Assembly: GCA_024137785.1 (NCBI GenBank)
Contig: JAHRHZ010000268.1
Span: forward strand, 15,109,734 to 15,173,733
From: Ginglymostoma cirratum
Taxonomy: Eukaryota
Reading direction: 5' to 3'
Length of the DNA: 64,000 nt
Numbering within the stretch: position 1 is the first letter of the stretch; every line of letters starts with the position of its first letter. The notes beneath the pieces are model-generated. The model was not told where the DNA came from and did not search any database. It worked only from the letters and a program-made list of their open reading frames with translations. Made by a program: the position numbers and the translations under genes. Positions 13,830-26,240 of this stretch are shown here, one piece after another.

Positions 13830-14420
13830 CAAAAAGTAACTATGCACAGTGAATCTTGTAAATGTGTGTTTTGTTAGTTCAAAAAGAAGTTCTGCCTACC
13901 ACACAATTGGTATTTATGAATTTCAGTTTCGGTGCAATGCTGCGTATGCAGGCCATATGTCTTACGGATTGGTTGATAGCGTGTACCTTCAGTTGCTCAT
14001 AATATGCAGAGTGCATAGTGTATTCAGCCAGACTGTACTTGTAGAACCCAAAGCAAAGCAACTACTTTTAGATGTGATTTTGCTGATTTAACAGCACTTC
14101 TTGAACAATCATTCATATGCTAACTGCTACCAATTCAAGATAATCAGTCAAACTCAAATATGGATTATTTACGTTTGCTAGAAGTGACGTATATTCATAT
14201 ACAGTTCTCTGCAGCAGTTGTGAATTACCCAAGAACTTGAGGAGTTTACTGTTCCCCACTGCTCTCTCCATAGCAACATCTTGGTCAATCAGAGTTCACT
14301 TGCCAACCAATCTGTACACTTCCTTCTTGTGGCACAAGTTGTTGAGATCATTGGAAGTTTGGCGTTGTTACACTTGTCTTGATGTGTGTAAGACAAATAA
14401 CTTTGTCAACATCTCTCCAA
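13830..14420 (+). mobile_element. Decayed PLE, second family (GIY-YIG C-terminal half plus terminus)
   Basis: GIYEFQFRCNAAYAGHMS (GIY-YIG relic), then QHFLNN, QFKIISQ and LRLLEVTYIH in shifted frames. The terminus has a degenerate hammerhead at 14374-14409. Homologous to 35600-36300. Confidence 0.65.
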
Positions 14421-15721
14421 ATATTGCCAAAAACACATTAAGTTAAAATTTAGAAATGGCACTCTTAACATAAAATCCAATCTCAGGAGTTTGTCCATCT
14501 TTAGCCAGCCATATTAATTGCAGGTCATTTAATTTTCTTAAATTTTTCCTTCAACAAAGTGCACTTATTAAGCTCCTTTAATTTAAAATAATATCTTACA
14601 GTGCTTTACAGGAAGATGTCATTCAACGTATGAGCGTAATGAATAGCAAGATGAGATCTATGGGACTTTTCCTTGTCTATACTTAGGATTTTAACCAGAC
14701 CTAGAAGGTGGTAGTAAAGGTGGATGGACCTGGGAAATTGCAATAATAATGTATTAGCCTGGTTTGCTAACATGTTTCCACCTCTGACCACTTTGCCCAG
14801 GGGCAGACTGAATATAATGTCAAGAACACTCGCAACAACAAAAGGGCAATTGAAATTCTTGAAGCTAGACTGCTGCCATGAACTGGGATGGTTTTCTGTT
14901 CCTATTGCCTTGTCATGTCAGTCTGGGCAACATCCTAGCTGCCTGAGGGAAGAAGTCTTTTCTCCTATGGTCCACCTCCTGCACTAATGCCTTTGAGAAT
15001 GTTGGAGCATGCTTTGGCTTTTTTAAACTATTCTCCCTCTTTCCGCTCAGTGGTTCTTCTTTTACTGTACCTAGCACCTGCTACAGCCTGAGTGCATTCT
15101 GCCTTTACCTACTAAATGCTAGCTTTGAAAGTTGTGAACCCCTCTCCAACTGGAACTCTCTGCTGAGGTGTACAACCAAACAGCAATGTACTTTGTGCTG
15201 GGCTGCACCCCACTATCATTTAAATTAGCAAGCAGCACCAAGATCGTGTGTTGACGACACTGCTATGGTCTAATGAGGGTTGTTCATGCATCCAACTGTG
15301 TGCCTGTTTTCAGCCTAATCCAAATTTTCCCTTGATGTGATTAAACTTCAAAGCATTGTGAGAATTGCCCAGTTACTTCCTATTATGCTTAAATGTACCT
15401 TCAAGATGCTGAAGCTGCCTCAGAATAGCTCATTTTGATTGACACAGAGAATTATCTGAAAATTGGATCAAATGCTCTGCCATGCCATGGGTTGTATTTC
15501 TAATTGGTCTGGCCACAAGGCAGGCAAAGAATACATCAATCATCCCCTTTGGGAGAATCAGATATTTTGGTTTATTTGTGACTGGAGTGCCTCATATTGA
15601 TGGTTTCTGACAGATGTGGTGTGGTTTACATTCCTTTGTGAGTGATTTGTTTGTCTTGTGTTAGTGAGGCCAGAGAGGATTCCTCGTGAGGCTGTACATG
15701 TCTAAATGTGAATTTGTCTCT

Positions 15722-15968
15722 TTTTTTAAAAATTCACTCACAGGATGTGGGTGTCGCTGGCTTGGCCAGCATTTATTACCCATCCCTAATTTCCCAGTGG
15801 GCAGTTAAGAGTCAACTACATTACTGTAGATCTGGAGTCACATATAGGCCAGACTAGGTAAGGATGGCAGTTTCCTTCCCTAAAGGACATTAGTGAACCT
15901 GATGGGTTTTACCCAACAATTGACAATGGATTCGTGGTAATCATTAAACTTCCAATTCCAGATTTAAA
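15722..15968 (-). mobile_element. Deu-core SINE (SacSINE1/AmnSINE-like), 5'-truncated
   Basis: Deu core GGTAAGGATGGCAGTTTCCTTCCCTAAAGGACATTAGTGAACC and LINE-derived tail GGATGTGGGTGTCGCTGGC...CCCATCCCTAATT (as read on +). Confidence 0.8.
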
Positions 15969-16190
15969 TTCTAACATTTATATTCCCGTATATTGAATAT
16001 CACATTTATCATATTGACAGATTGGTTTAAAAGATGTGCAGATTTTTCTTTTTGTTATGCCCAGTTCTCAGGAGCATAACAGAGAAAAAGGTAGAGCCCT
16101 GTTGATCACCATGACACCCTGTGATTCTAGGTGTTACAGAAAGTGGTGGTGGGACTCGTGCTGATCCCCTCTGCAGTTTTGTATGCTTCC

Positions 16191-16810
16191 GGGTCAAGGA
16201 GGTAGGGATGAGAGGGAGGCTTGGACATGGGATAAGGTCGGGGGTGGGAAGACTTTAAAACTGGTGAATTCCATGTTTAGGCCATCGGGCTGTAGGCTTC
16301 CGAGGCAGAATATGAGGTGTTGCTCCTCCAGTTTGTGGGTGGTGTCATTGTGACGCTGGAGGACGCCCAGCAGGATATGTCACCCAGTGAGTGGGAAGGG
16401 GAGTTAAAATGGTTGGTGACAAGAAGGTGGTGTTGTTTGTCATTTACAGAGTGCAAATGCTCTACAAAACGGTCTCCGAACCCCCGCTTGGTCTCACCGA
16501 CGTAAAGGCCTCATCCCATGTTCAACCCTCCCTCTCATCCCCACCTCCTTGACCTGACACAACCTGTCCATTTTTTTCCCAACTATCCACCCCACCCATC
16601 CCACTGACCAATCCCCACCACTCCCTACCTGCATCCACCTATCACCATCCCACCTACCTTCCCCAGCCCCACCCCTCCTCTTTCTATTTATTTCCCAGCT
16701 CCCTTCCCCTCTCCCCATTTCTGAAGAAGGGTCCCATCCCGAAACATCAACTTTCCTACTTCTCTGATGCTGCCTGGCCTGCTGTGTTCATCCATCTCTA
16801 TACTGTGTTG
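16191..16810. mobile_element. PLE fragment with internal inversion: GIY-YIG on the - strand (16191-16508), terminal repeat with hammerhead on the + strand (16509-16810)
   Basis: The minus strand encodes LYVGETKRGFGDRFVEHLHSV...NHFNSPSHS and, after a frameshift, KLEEQHLIFCLGSLQPDGLNMEF. 16191-16237 is an inverted copy of 16509-16555. CTGAAGA is at 16721 and GAAACATC at 16741. Confidence 0.85.
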
Positions 16811-16944
16811 CCACATTTGATCACTTTCCTGTTCCTTAGCTTTTGAGATATTAATACCAAAGAGGGACTGTTCTTAAAAAGCTGGCATGCTGCAAAGAAA
16901 AGGTAAAACTAAAACCTTGTGATCTGCAAAACCGTTGTGAGTTG

Positions 16945-18480
16945 TATTCGGCTGCTGTGCGAGGCAAGGGAGGAGATTGCAGGGGCCTTGTCATTAATTT
17001 TTAGATCCTCTCTGGGCACAGAGAATATTCCAGGGGACTCAAAAACAACTCATGTGGTACTACTGTTCAAAAAGGATGGTGAAGATATCTCAGGAATAGT
17101 AGACCAGACCAGTGAGTGTAATATGAGTAGTGGGGAAATTATTGGAAACAATTCTGAGGGACAAAAGTTAAACTTAACTTGGAGAATCAATTGAGGATAG
17201 TCAGCGTGGTTTTGTCAGGGGTTATCATGTTTGACAGGTTTGACTTTTTTTTGTGTGGATATGGTGGTATGTGGATGAGAGAAGTGAAGTGGATATTGTC
17301 TACTTGGATTTTGGGAAGGTATTTGACTAAGTCTCTCATGGAAGACTTGGTGGACAGTGAAAGAGTCCATGGGACCCAGGGCAGTTTGGAAAATTAGAAA
17401 AAAAAATTGGCTTAGTGCAGATTGCAGAGGATGATAATCTAAGGCTGTTTTTGTGACTGGAAGCCTGTGCCAAATGGCATACCAGATGGTTTGGTGCTGG
17501 GTCCCTTTCTGCTTGTACAATGTAATAATGATCTTGATATAAATATAGGCGATTTGATCAGTAGGTTCATGGATGATGTGAAAATATGTGGTGTGGTAAA
17601 TAGCAAAGAGGAAAGCCTTACACTAAAGGGTGAGATAGGTGAGCTGGTCAGACAGACTGAACAATGCAAAACAGAATTGAGTCTGGAAAGGTGTGAAATG
17701 ATGCATTTTGAGAAGGCTAACAAGGCGAGAGAGTCGATGATGAGTAGTAGGACCTTGGAAAGCACAGAGAATTAGAGGGACCTTGTTATGCATGTCCGTA
17801 GAACCTTGAAGGCAACAGAACAAGTGGGTAAGATGGTTAGGAAGACATATGGGATACCTTATTGTTAAAGGCCTTTACTAGTCAAAGCATTGAATACAAG
17901 AACAGGGAGGTTATGTTGGAGTTGGATATGTTGTTAGTTAGGAAACAGATGGAGTATTGTGGTCAGTTCTGTTTGCCACACTACAGGAAAGATGCGACTT
18001 CTCAAGAGAAGTTGCAAGGGAGTATCATTAGGATGTTGCCAGGGCTGGTGTGTTTCAACATGAAAAGTGACTAATAGACTGGGGTTGTTATCTTAATGCA
18101 GAGAAGGTGTGTCTTGACTGAGGTATATAGAATTATGAGAAGCATAGAAAGGAAGAAACTTTCCACTTTGTAGAGGGATCAGTAACCAGGGGCCATAAAT
18201 TTATGATGGGGAGCAGAAGGTTTACAGGGTGTTGAAGAAAGAACTATTTCATGGAGATGGCGGTGGATACCTAGAACTCACTGCCTGAAAGGGTTGTCAA
18301 GGCAGGAACCATCACAACATTTAACAAACATTTAGATAATTAGTTGAAGAGCCATAACGTACAAGGCTACAGGCCAAGAATTGGAAAACGATACTAAAGT
18401 TGATAGGTGCCTAATGGACCGGCTTTGATATCTTTGGCTGAATGGTCTCTTTTCATGCTGGTAAACTCTGATTCTATGAC
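16945..18480 (+). mobile_element. Decayed CR1 LINE RT region and 3' end
   Basis: EAREEIAGAL, GIPDGLVLGPFL, ISRFMDDVKICGVV and MEYCGQFCLPHYRKD, then the tail GATTCTATGA. Confidence 0.85.
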
Positions 18481-19173
18481 AGCATGCTATCTACCTGTCC
18501 ACCCTAAGTCTACATATAGCACTTACCCTGTTTAAAACCTTAAGTTTTAATCCTTTATAAAGAGATTTGAAATAGAAACATGTGTTTTAACGTTCAGACT
18601 GACTGAAGAGTGGGAAGGGAGAGATGAAGGACCTGATATAGAGGAGGAGAGTTTGTAATAGTTTTGAGACACAAGCAAAAACTCACTATTATGTTATAGA
18701 TTTTACTATTTTTGTATGTCGTGGCAAAGAGAACAAGCAAGACAAATGAAGTGTGAAATAGTGTGGGGATTATAAGAGTGAGAAGGTTAGGTGAAACAGA
18801 CCTCACTTGGAACTGCCATTAACTTATTACTTATTCTATGTCTGTCTAATCCTATGTCTTTCTTTTCTGGCTGATTTTATTGGATTCTGACTCTTCAATA
18901 CACCATTTCCTGCCGGAGAGAAGAACCTGGTACTGAACTTGATTCTATTTCCTTCACATTTTTGGTGGGAGGAGTTAGAAAAAGGCAGCGTATTCTTTTA
19001 TTCATTTTACTCTATTGTTGCTTCAAGCGCCTCTGTCTTCCCTTTTTTAGAACTAACTGCTTCTCATATGGCACAATGTATGTGTAAGGCTGCATCTGTT
19101 TCTACTGATTTATTTTAACATCAGTGACTATTACAATTGAGATATTTATATCAATCCAAATAGCTTGAATGGT

Positions 19174-19353
19174 GAGAGATAATAGGTACTGCAGATGCTG
19201 GAGAATCTGAGATAACAAGGTGTGGGGCTGGATGAACACAGCAGGCCAAGCAGCATCACGGGAGCAGGAAAGCTTGACGTTTCGGGCCTAGACCCTTTCT
19301 GATGAAGGGTCTAGGCCCAAAACGTCAAGCTTTCCTGCTCCTATGATGCTGCT
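19174..19353. mobile_element. Fold-back PLE terminal-repeat element
   Basis: Inverted arms at 19249-19297 and 19305-19353 around CTGATG. Possible degraded ~15 bp TSD at 19161-19175 and 19354-19368. Confidence 0.85.
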
Positions 19354-19702
19354 CAGATTGCATGGTGATTCTGCTGTCGCTTTAATAGGAGCTGGTTATT
19401 TACTTCATCAGGATTATACTGGGTGATGCAGGTACATGACCTGGCGGTGTCATCATTAGATCCACATCTAACTTCTTCTTTCCAGTTCTGTTTTCCTTTG
19501 CTAGTGTACAGCCTTTTTTGGGAGTGATCACTCTCCCATATCATAATACATGCTTTTTATTCATGTCTGAGTCTTTAGGATATAATGCCATCACTAGCCA
19601 TTTCAACTGAGCAGTAATTGTCCCCAGAGTAGATCTTTTATTCAGGGGCACTTGTGTTTTTCCTGGTTATCTGCCTGCTGTGGTGAACCAGTAGCAGTAT
19701 AT

Positions 19703-19715
19703 TGCCCCCTGGTGG
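19703..19715 (-). promoter_or_regulatory. CTCF-like core motif
   Basis: The reverse strand reads CCACCAGGGGGCA, a near-consensus CTCF core, in apparently unique sequence. Confidence 0.45.
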
Positions 19716-22700
19716 TTGAGAGAATTTGTACTGCTGAGTGTTGAATGTGAATGTCAGCAGCAGCTCTTCTGATTGTCCAATGTAACTTCAAACAAAAGAC
19801 TGGAACAATAATATCAACAGCTGTTTATGCTGTTTTAAGATTTCCACTGAAATTTCTGATTACGGGAGGAGGTCAGAGAACTCTCATGGAAATTCTCCAA
19901 TTGCATGCACTGTTTACATTCCTGAATTGTAATCGCTGTGAATGTGGGTTCATCCAGGCTGCTGCTGTAACTTTAACTAAAAGCACAGAGAGATGACATG
20001 AGCAGTGCATATTAGTGGTCAAACCAAAGACATGCCTTCAGGCAGAATACACATGACGATGTTGATTAATGGTCTGTCTCTTCTTCCTGGCTGTATTGGC
20101 AGCTCCCTCTCTTTCTTAGTCATTCACTCTCTCTCAGGCACTGCATAAATTTGCTGTGCTGTCTTTTCACAAAATGTATGGAATTACAAATTGAAAAATG
20201 GTAGAACCATTGTCTCACAACATAGAAAGAGACACTTCAGCCCATCACACGTGTGCCAATGCTTTGAAAACGCTGTTCAATTATCTCCCATTTGGCTTCA
20301 CTTTTCCTCATAACACTGCAAATTAGTCCTCTTCAAGTACATGTCTGATTGTCTTTTTTAAAAGTCCTATGGTGTCTGATTTCATTGCCCTATACGTGGA
20401 GTATTCCAGACCTTAATATTATTTTAATTCTGTGCCCTCTGGATACTGGCCCATTTGTCATAGGAAATATTTTCATGCTACTGTTTCTGATGAAAACCTA
20501 CCCTTGTTTTAAATACATTTATTAGATCTCCCTTAACCTTTTCTGATTTAAGGAGGACAATGATTGCTTTTCGAATATTTTTCCAAAGAATTTGTACTCC
20601 AGAATTTGTACCTAGGTACTTTTGTAACTAAGATGGTGCTGAAAGTGGCAACTTGTAAATTTTTCACAGTACTCTCGTGAGTACAATTGACAATAAAGCT
20701 AATTCAATTTAATCTGTCCACATAACTGAACAATCTTGACTTACATAGTTAATACATCTGAAACTTGTCAGGGAAAACTTTGGAATCATCTTTTCAAGTG
20801 GAATTACATTTGTAACAGCATGATCCAACTTTTTACTGTAAAGCAGCTTCGCCGACACCAAACAAAATTTATAAGTGCAGTGTACAACTCTTCTAGATTT
20901 TACTTAATGTTGCAGATTTTTAAAAAGGCATATTTTTTACCTTTTTCTTTCTGTCCCCTTAATCTCTCTTGATCCCATCTTTTTATTTTGTTCTCCTGAT
21001 TTGAAATTGAATTATATATTCTGAAACTTTCTGGTTCACACTCTCTATGCTCTTTAACAATTACTTAATTTCATTGTCCAAGGTGATTCACAATTTCTTG
21101 CCATTGCAGGGCACAGACCCAATAAAGGATACAAACTGTTTTCGTTGTATATGTTAGAATAACTCCCAGTAGAAAATTCCCTGAAAAGTCTGTAAGAGAA
21201 ACGTAAGGTGATCTCAGATTAGATGACTGAAAGCTTTGTCAAAATGCTAGATTTTAAGGAGTGGCTTAAAGGATAACAGTGAGTTGGAGAATTATAGGGA
21301 GGGAATTCCATACCTTTTGGCCCATGTAGCTGAAGGCACAGCAATCAATTGTAGAGCAATTTAAAAAAAAACACAATCTAGGCCAGAATTAGATGGGTGT
21401 AGATATCTCAGAGGGCAGTAGAGCTGCAGGCTATTTCTGTGATTGCGAAGGGAGAGGCCACAAAGGCTATTTTGAAAAGGATACATATTTTAAAATCAAT
21501 ATGTTGCTGGATTGGGAGCAAAGGGCTGACAGGGGATTGGGCCTTTCCACAAATTACAACACAGGCAGCCGAGCTTTAGATGACCTCGGGCTCAGAGAAT
21601 ATAGAATGTAGGAGATGAGCGGGAGTGTTTGAACAGTTACGTCTAGTGTTAAAGAAGATATCAGTGAGGGTTTCAGCAAAGTCAGGGACTATTACAAACA
21701 TGGAAGTAGGTGGTCTTAATGATGTAGAAACATGAAATCAAAAGTCCATGTCAAGATGAGATGCGACCACCAAGGTTACAAACAGACTGAGTTAATCTAA
21801 GACTGTTGCAACTCCAAGAATGGTATTTTTAAATTACAAATCCTGATGCAGTTGTCACAGTTTGGGATCTTTTAGCTACTTTCCATAGAAAAGATGTGGA
21901 AGACCTTAAATTGTTCATGCAAATTAAAGGAAAGGGAAGGTGGGTACTTGAGGTGCTATTGAGTTAACGTCCACATTGTTTCCTCATCAACTGACAATAA
22001 TTACCATTCAGAAGTTTCCTCAATGATTGATAATGGGTTCACACCCAATATATCAAAATGTTTTACACTTTATTCAGCTTGTGAACATCCAAAAATAAAG
22101 ATAGACTCTGATGCTGGCTGTGCGGATTTTGGAAACAGGACATTACACAAAAAGTCAGGGTATAACCGTCTGCAAGAGTCATTGAACATTAGAGAAGAGA
22201 TTTTGAACAGCATGACGATCCTATTACCAATGCAAATTTTACCATATTATCAATGCAATTGTAGCTTTAATGACAGATTATTATCCATTTAATTTGCAAA
22301 GGTATTTAATATGCCTAATATCATTTACATGTAGCTACAAGTGAAATAAGTTATGTGTTCACATGGAAATACCATTGCTTAAGGATGTGAATTCAAAGTA
22401 ATAGATAGAAAGTCAAGTTAATCAGAATCTGGCACCAGTTATTGCTAAGATTGAACTCCACATGCATAACTTTTCTTTTTGAAAAAGAAGTGACTTAATT
22501 TGGAAATCACCAAATCATTTAAAATCAGATATTAAGAAGATCTTACTAAGCATTCTATTTGATAAGGCTTTCTATATTCATACATAAAACTATTTTGCTT
22601 GGATTTTGCTTCAAAATGTAAATAGTACAAGTAATGTTCTTGTATCATTTTGAGTTGCTGTAGATCTCTCCTTAGTTTAAGTGTTTTCAGTCATAATTAA

Positions 22701-22797
22701 ATAGTCTGAGCATCTTAATTTTTTGAGCGTTGATTTTCAAAGCCCTGCATCTGCTTATAGGAAGCGACATTAAAATAATACCCACTTCTAGTTTAGA

Positions 22798-22807
22798 NNN
22801 NNNNNNN
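22798..22807. other. Assembly gap (10 N) with duplicated 34-bp flank
   Basis: GCGACATTAAAATAATACCCACTTCTAGTTTAGA occurs at 22764-22797 and again at 22808-22841. Confidence 0.95.
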
Positions 22808-23369
22808 GCGACATTAAAATAATACCCACTTCTAGTTTAGAACAGCTGCTTATATATTTTATGTATGTATTTCTTTAATATTTCTGAAGTCAGACTAAGA
22901 AAATAGGAAGCTTGTTACGAATTGATAATACGCTTTATTTCCCATTGCTGGACGTAAGAAATGACAATGAATATGTTTATTTTCATCAATATAATTTCTT
23001 TTTACAATAACATGAAAATAGTGAGTATGCTAAACTCACTCATTTCAGCAAAACATTCTTTGGCACAGCAACAATATGAATCATCTTATGAGACATAAGA
23101 CTGATGCTTTACCGAACAACATGCCATCTAAAAGTTATTTCCCCTCCTCTGTGAAAGTAGATTGCACCAATTCTCGATATGAAAATCATGGCAGTTACCT
23201 AGTGGTAGCAGAGTGAGCAGGAAACTCAGAATGCAGAAAGGGATAGTAGTTTGAGTGGTCGCGGTGGGTGGACATGATGTATGCAGTATTAAGAGTTGTA
23301 GCCAATGAGCTTGGTGAGATGACTGTGCACTGACAGAGTTAGAGTGAGGTTTTTTTTTAATCATGAGAT

Positions 23370-24950
23370 ATGAGCATACCAGCTGGGTTGACATTTACTG
23401 CCTATCTCTAATTGCCTTGAGAAGGGCAGGTGAGCTGTTTTCTTGAACTGCTGCAGCCCATGTGCTGTAGGTAGACCCACGATGCCAGAAGGAAGGGAAT
23501 TCTAGGATTTTGACCCATCAACAATGAAGGAACACAGATATATTTCCAGCTCAGGATCGTCACTGGCTTGGAGGGGAATTTTCAGGTGATTGGGTTCCCA
23601 TGTATCATTGCCCTTTAACGGTCATGGATTTGGAAAGTATTGTCTAAGGAGCTTTGGTGAATTTCTTTAGTGCATCTTGTAGATGGGACACATTCCTGCT
23701 ACTGAGCATTGGTGGTGGAGGGAATGCATGCTTGTGGATGTGGTGCCAATCAAATGGGCTAATTAGTCATGGATAGTGTCAAGCTTCCTGAGTGTTGTTG
23801 GAGCTGCATCCATTCAGGCAAGTGGAGAGTATTCAATCACCCTCGTAACTTGGGTTGTGTAGATTGTGGACAGGCCTCGGAGAGTCAGAATATGAATTAT
23901 TCTTTGAAGGATTCCTACCTTCCAACCTGTTTTTGTAGCCAGTCTATTTGTATGGGTAGTCCAGTTCAGTTTCTGGTCAATAATAATCCCCAGGATATTG
24001 ATAGTAGGAAATTCAGTGATGGTAATGCCATTGAATGACCCAAGGGATGATGGTTAGATTGCTTTTTAATTGGAGATGGTCATTGCTAGACATTTGTGTG
24101 GTGCAAATGGTACTTGCCACTTTTCAGTCCAACCCTGGCTATTGCCCAAGTCTTGCTGCATTTGGACATGGATTGTGATTGAGAAGTCTTGGATGATGCT
24201 GAACATTGTGTGATCATCGTCCTCACTTCTGACCTTATGATGAATGGGAAGTCATTGATGGAGGAGCTGAAGGATGTTGTGCCTTGGATGCTACTCGAAG
24301 GAAGTCTTGCAGAGATGTTCTGGAGGTCAGATAACTGGCCTCCAACAACCAGAACCATCTTCCTGTATGCTAGGTATAAGTCATAGAGAGAAACAGCATG
24401 AAAACAGACCCTCCAGTCCAACTTGTCCATGCTGACCAGATATCCTATATAAATCTGCCAGCATTTGGCCCATATACCTCTAAACCCTTTCTATTCATGT
24501 ACCCATCCAGATGCCTTTTAAATATTGTAATTGTACCAGCCTCCATGACTTCCTCTGGCAGCTCATTCCATATACACACCACCCTCTGTGTGAAAAAATT
24601 GCCCCTCACGTCTCTTTTATATCTTGCCCCTTTCACCTTAAATGTATGCTGTCTAGTTTTGGGGAAAAGGCCTTGCCAATTGACCATATCCATGCCCTTA
24701 AGATATTGTAAACCTCTATAAAGTCACCCCTTAGCCTCCGACACTCCAGGGAAAATAGCCCCAGCCTATTCAGTCTTTCCCTATAGCTCAAACACTCCAA
24801 CCCTGGCAACATTCTTGTAAATCTTTTCTGAACCCTTTTTAGTTAATTTTCTTCCCGATTCCCATTAACTTCCACTTGATAGGCTGCTTGATGCCACGCT
24901 CGGTCAATTGCTGATTTGGTGTCAAGGGCAGTCATTCTTATCTCTGTAGT
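23370..24950 (-). mobile_element. Decayed L2/CR1-superfamily LINE RT and 3' end, interrupted by a younger CR1 fragment
   Basis: Minus-strand relics FSSSINDFPFIIRSEV and ALDTKSAIDRAWHQ. The 3' end resembles the tail of the Deu SINEs. Confidence 0.7.
24380..24840 (-). mobile_element. CR1/HER1 3' fragment nested in an older LINE
   Basis: RGNFFTQRVVCIWNELPEEVMEAGTITIFKRHLDGYMN (ORF 24445..24693). Confidence 0.85.
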
Positions 24951-25649
24951 CCTGCAAGTATGAGGTAGCAGAAAGAAGGTGATGGCACTCACCCTTTCTG
25001 AGCACAGAGGACAAGTAATCTTCTGTCCGCATTCTGTGTGTTGCACTTTACCTGGAACATTTCACTGAACTTGGCTACTATCTCAGTCCAGGTTCATTTA
25101 TGTGGCCTTGTTTGCTAAAAAGAAGGAAAAAGTACCATCCTCCTTTTACACCACCGCTCCACCAGCGTCTCCAAGTCCCTATCTGCAAAATGGTGTGATA
25201 GCTTGCTTATCTGGAGTATAACTATTGAGTACTACAACGTGAGGGGCAGATCCTCATTTGCAGCATCTGAAGTATGCAACTATATTTTAAATAAGATGGC
25301 AGCAGCATGAAAACCACAGAATTCTGGTAGAGGTGAGCATTTCCATCTCTTCTGTCTCATGGGTAGGTGCCAAAGAGACCAGTTATGTATTTAATCAGAA
25401 GAAGGGCAGAAGATTGCATGAGAAAAGTTGATGTGGACAGGCTGCCATGAATCTGACTCAAGAACACTAAACCAATAAAATGAGAAAATCTGTTACACAG
25501 CAACTGATAGGGGACCTTTGTAAATGTAAGTGTGTTCAGCAGACTGCAACTGAATGTTCAATATCCATTATCATGCAATCCTGGTATGTGCCTAAGAACA
25601 GATGAAACCAATACTTGTTCTATTCCTGAAAGCCTAGTGTGACTGGCCC

Positions 25650-25765
25650 TCTAGTGGCACAGTGGTAGTATCCCTGTCCCTGAACCAAGAGGCCTGGGTT
25701 CAAATCCCACCCTCTCCAGAGGTATGTCATAACATCTCTGAACAGGTTGATTAGGGAAAAATAGG
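25650..25765 (+). mobile_element. Short (~110 bp) tRNA-derived SINE-like repeat
   Basis: A box TGGCACAGTGG, B box GGTTCAAATCC and 3' part GTCATAACATCTCTGAACAGGTTGATTAG. Paralogues lie elsewhere in the window. Confidence 0.7.
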
Positions 25766-26129
25766 GTAAATGAAAAGAAGAGCCAGTTGATGGAGGATAG
25801 TACAGGAGCCAATATAGATTCAGTCTTAAGCTTATTTACAGATTGATAGTTTCCCTACCTTTGACCCAAAGGTTCTTGTTCAAGTCTCACCTGCTCCATA
25901 GCTATGTCAGAACAGGCACATTCAAAATATCTACAACTCCAAGGTCAGTCATGCCATAGTTCATTAAATGTTGTTTATATATGCTCAAGTGAAACCCCAA
26001 TTTATGCCCTATACCCGCATATAATTAAACACAGTTGATATACAATCATCAATATGCATTATCTAAAATGAGCTTTGTGGAATAAGCTATTTTAAAAATT
26101 CCATTACACTCCACACCCAGCCAAAACAA

Positions 26130-26240
26130 GCTCTGCTGATGCAGTGGTAGTGTCCCTTCCTCTGGGCCAAGAGACCCGGGTTCAAGTCCCTCCAGGAGTT
26201 TGTCATAACATCTCTGGACAGGTGGATTAGAAAGCATCTC
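26130..26240 (+). mobile_element. Short tRNA-derived SINE-like repeat
   Basis: GCAGTGGTAGTGTCCCT...GGTTCAAGTCC...GTCATAACATCTCTGGACAGGTGGATTAG, similar to 25650-25765. Confidence 0.7.

Noticed and set aside
22764-22841. 34-bp direct repeat around 10 N
   Set aside because: Typical unmerged contig overlap, so an assembly artefact rather than a biological repeat.
25650-25720. Possible tRNA gene
   Set aside because: A and B boxes are present but no convincing cloverleaf or poly-T terminator is, and diverged copies share a non-tRNA 3' extension. It is a SINE head.
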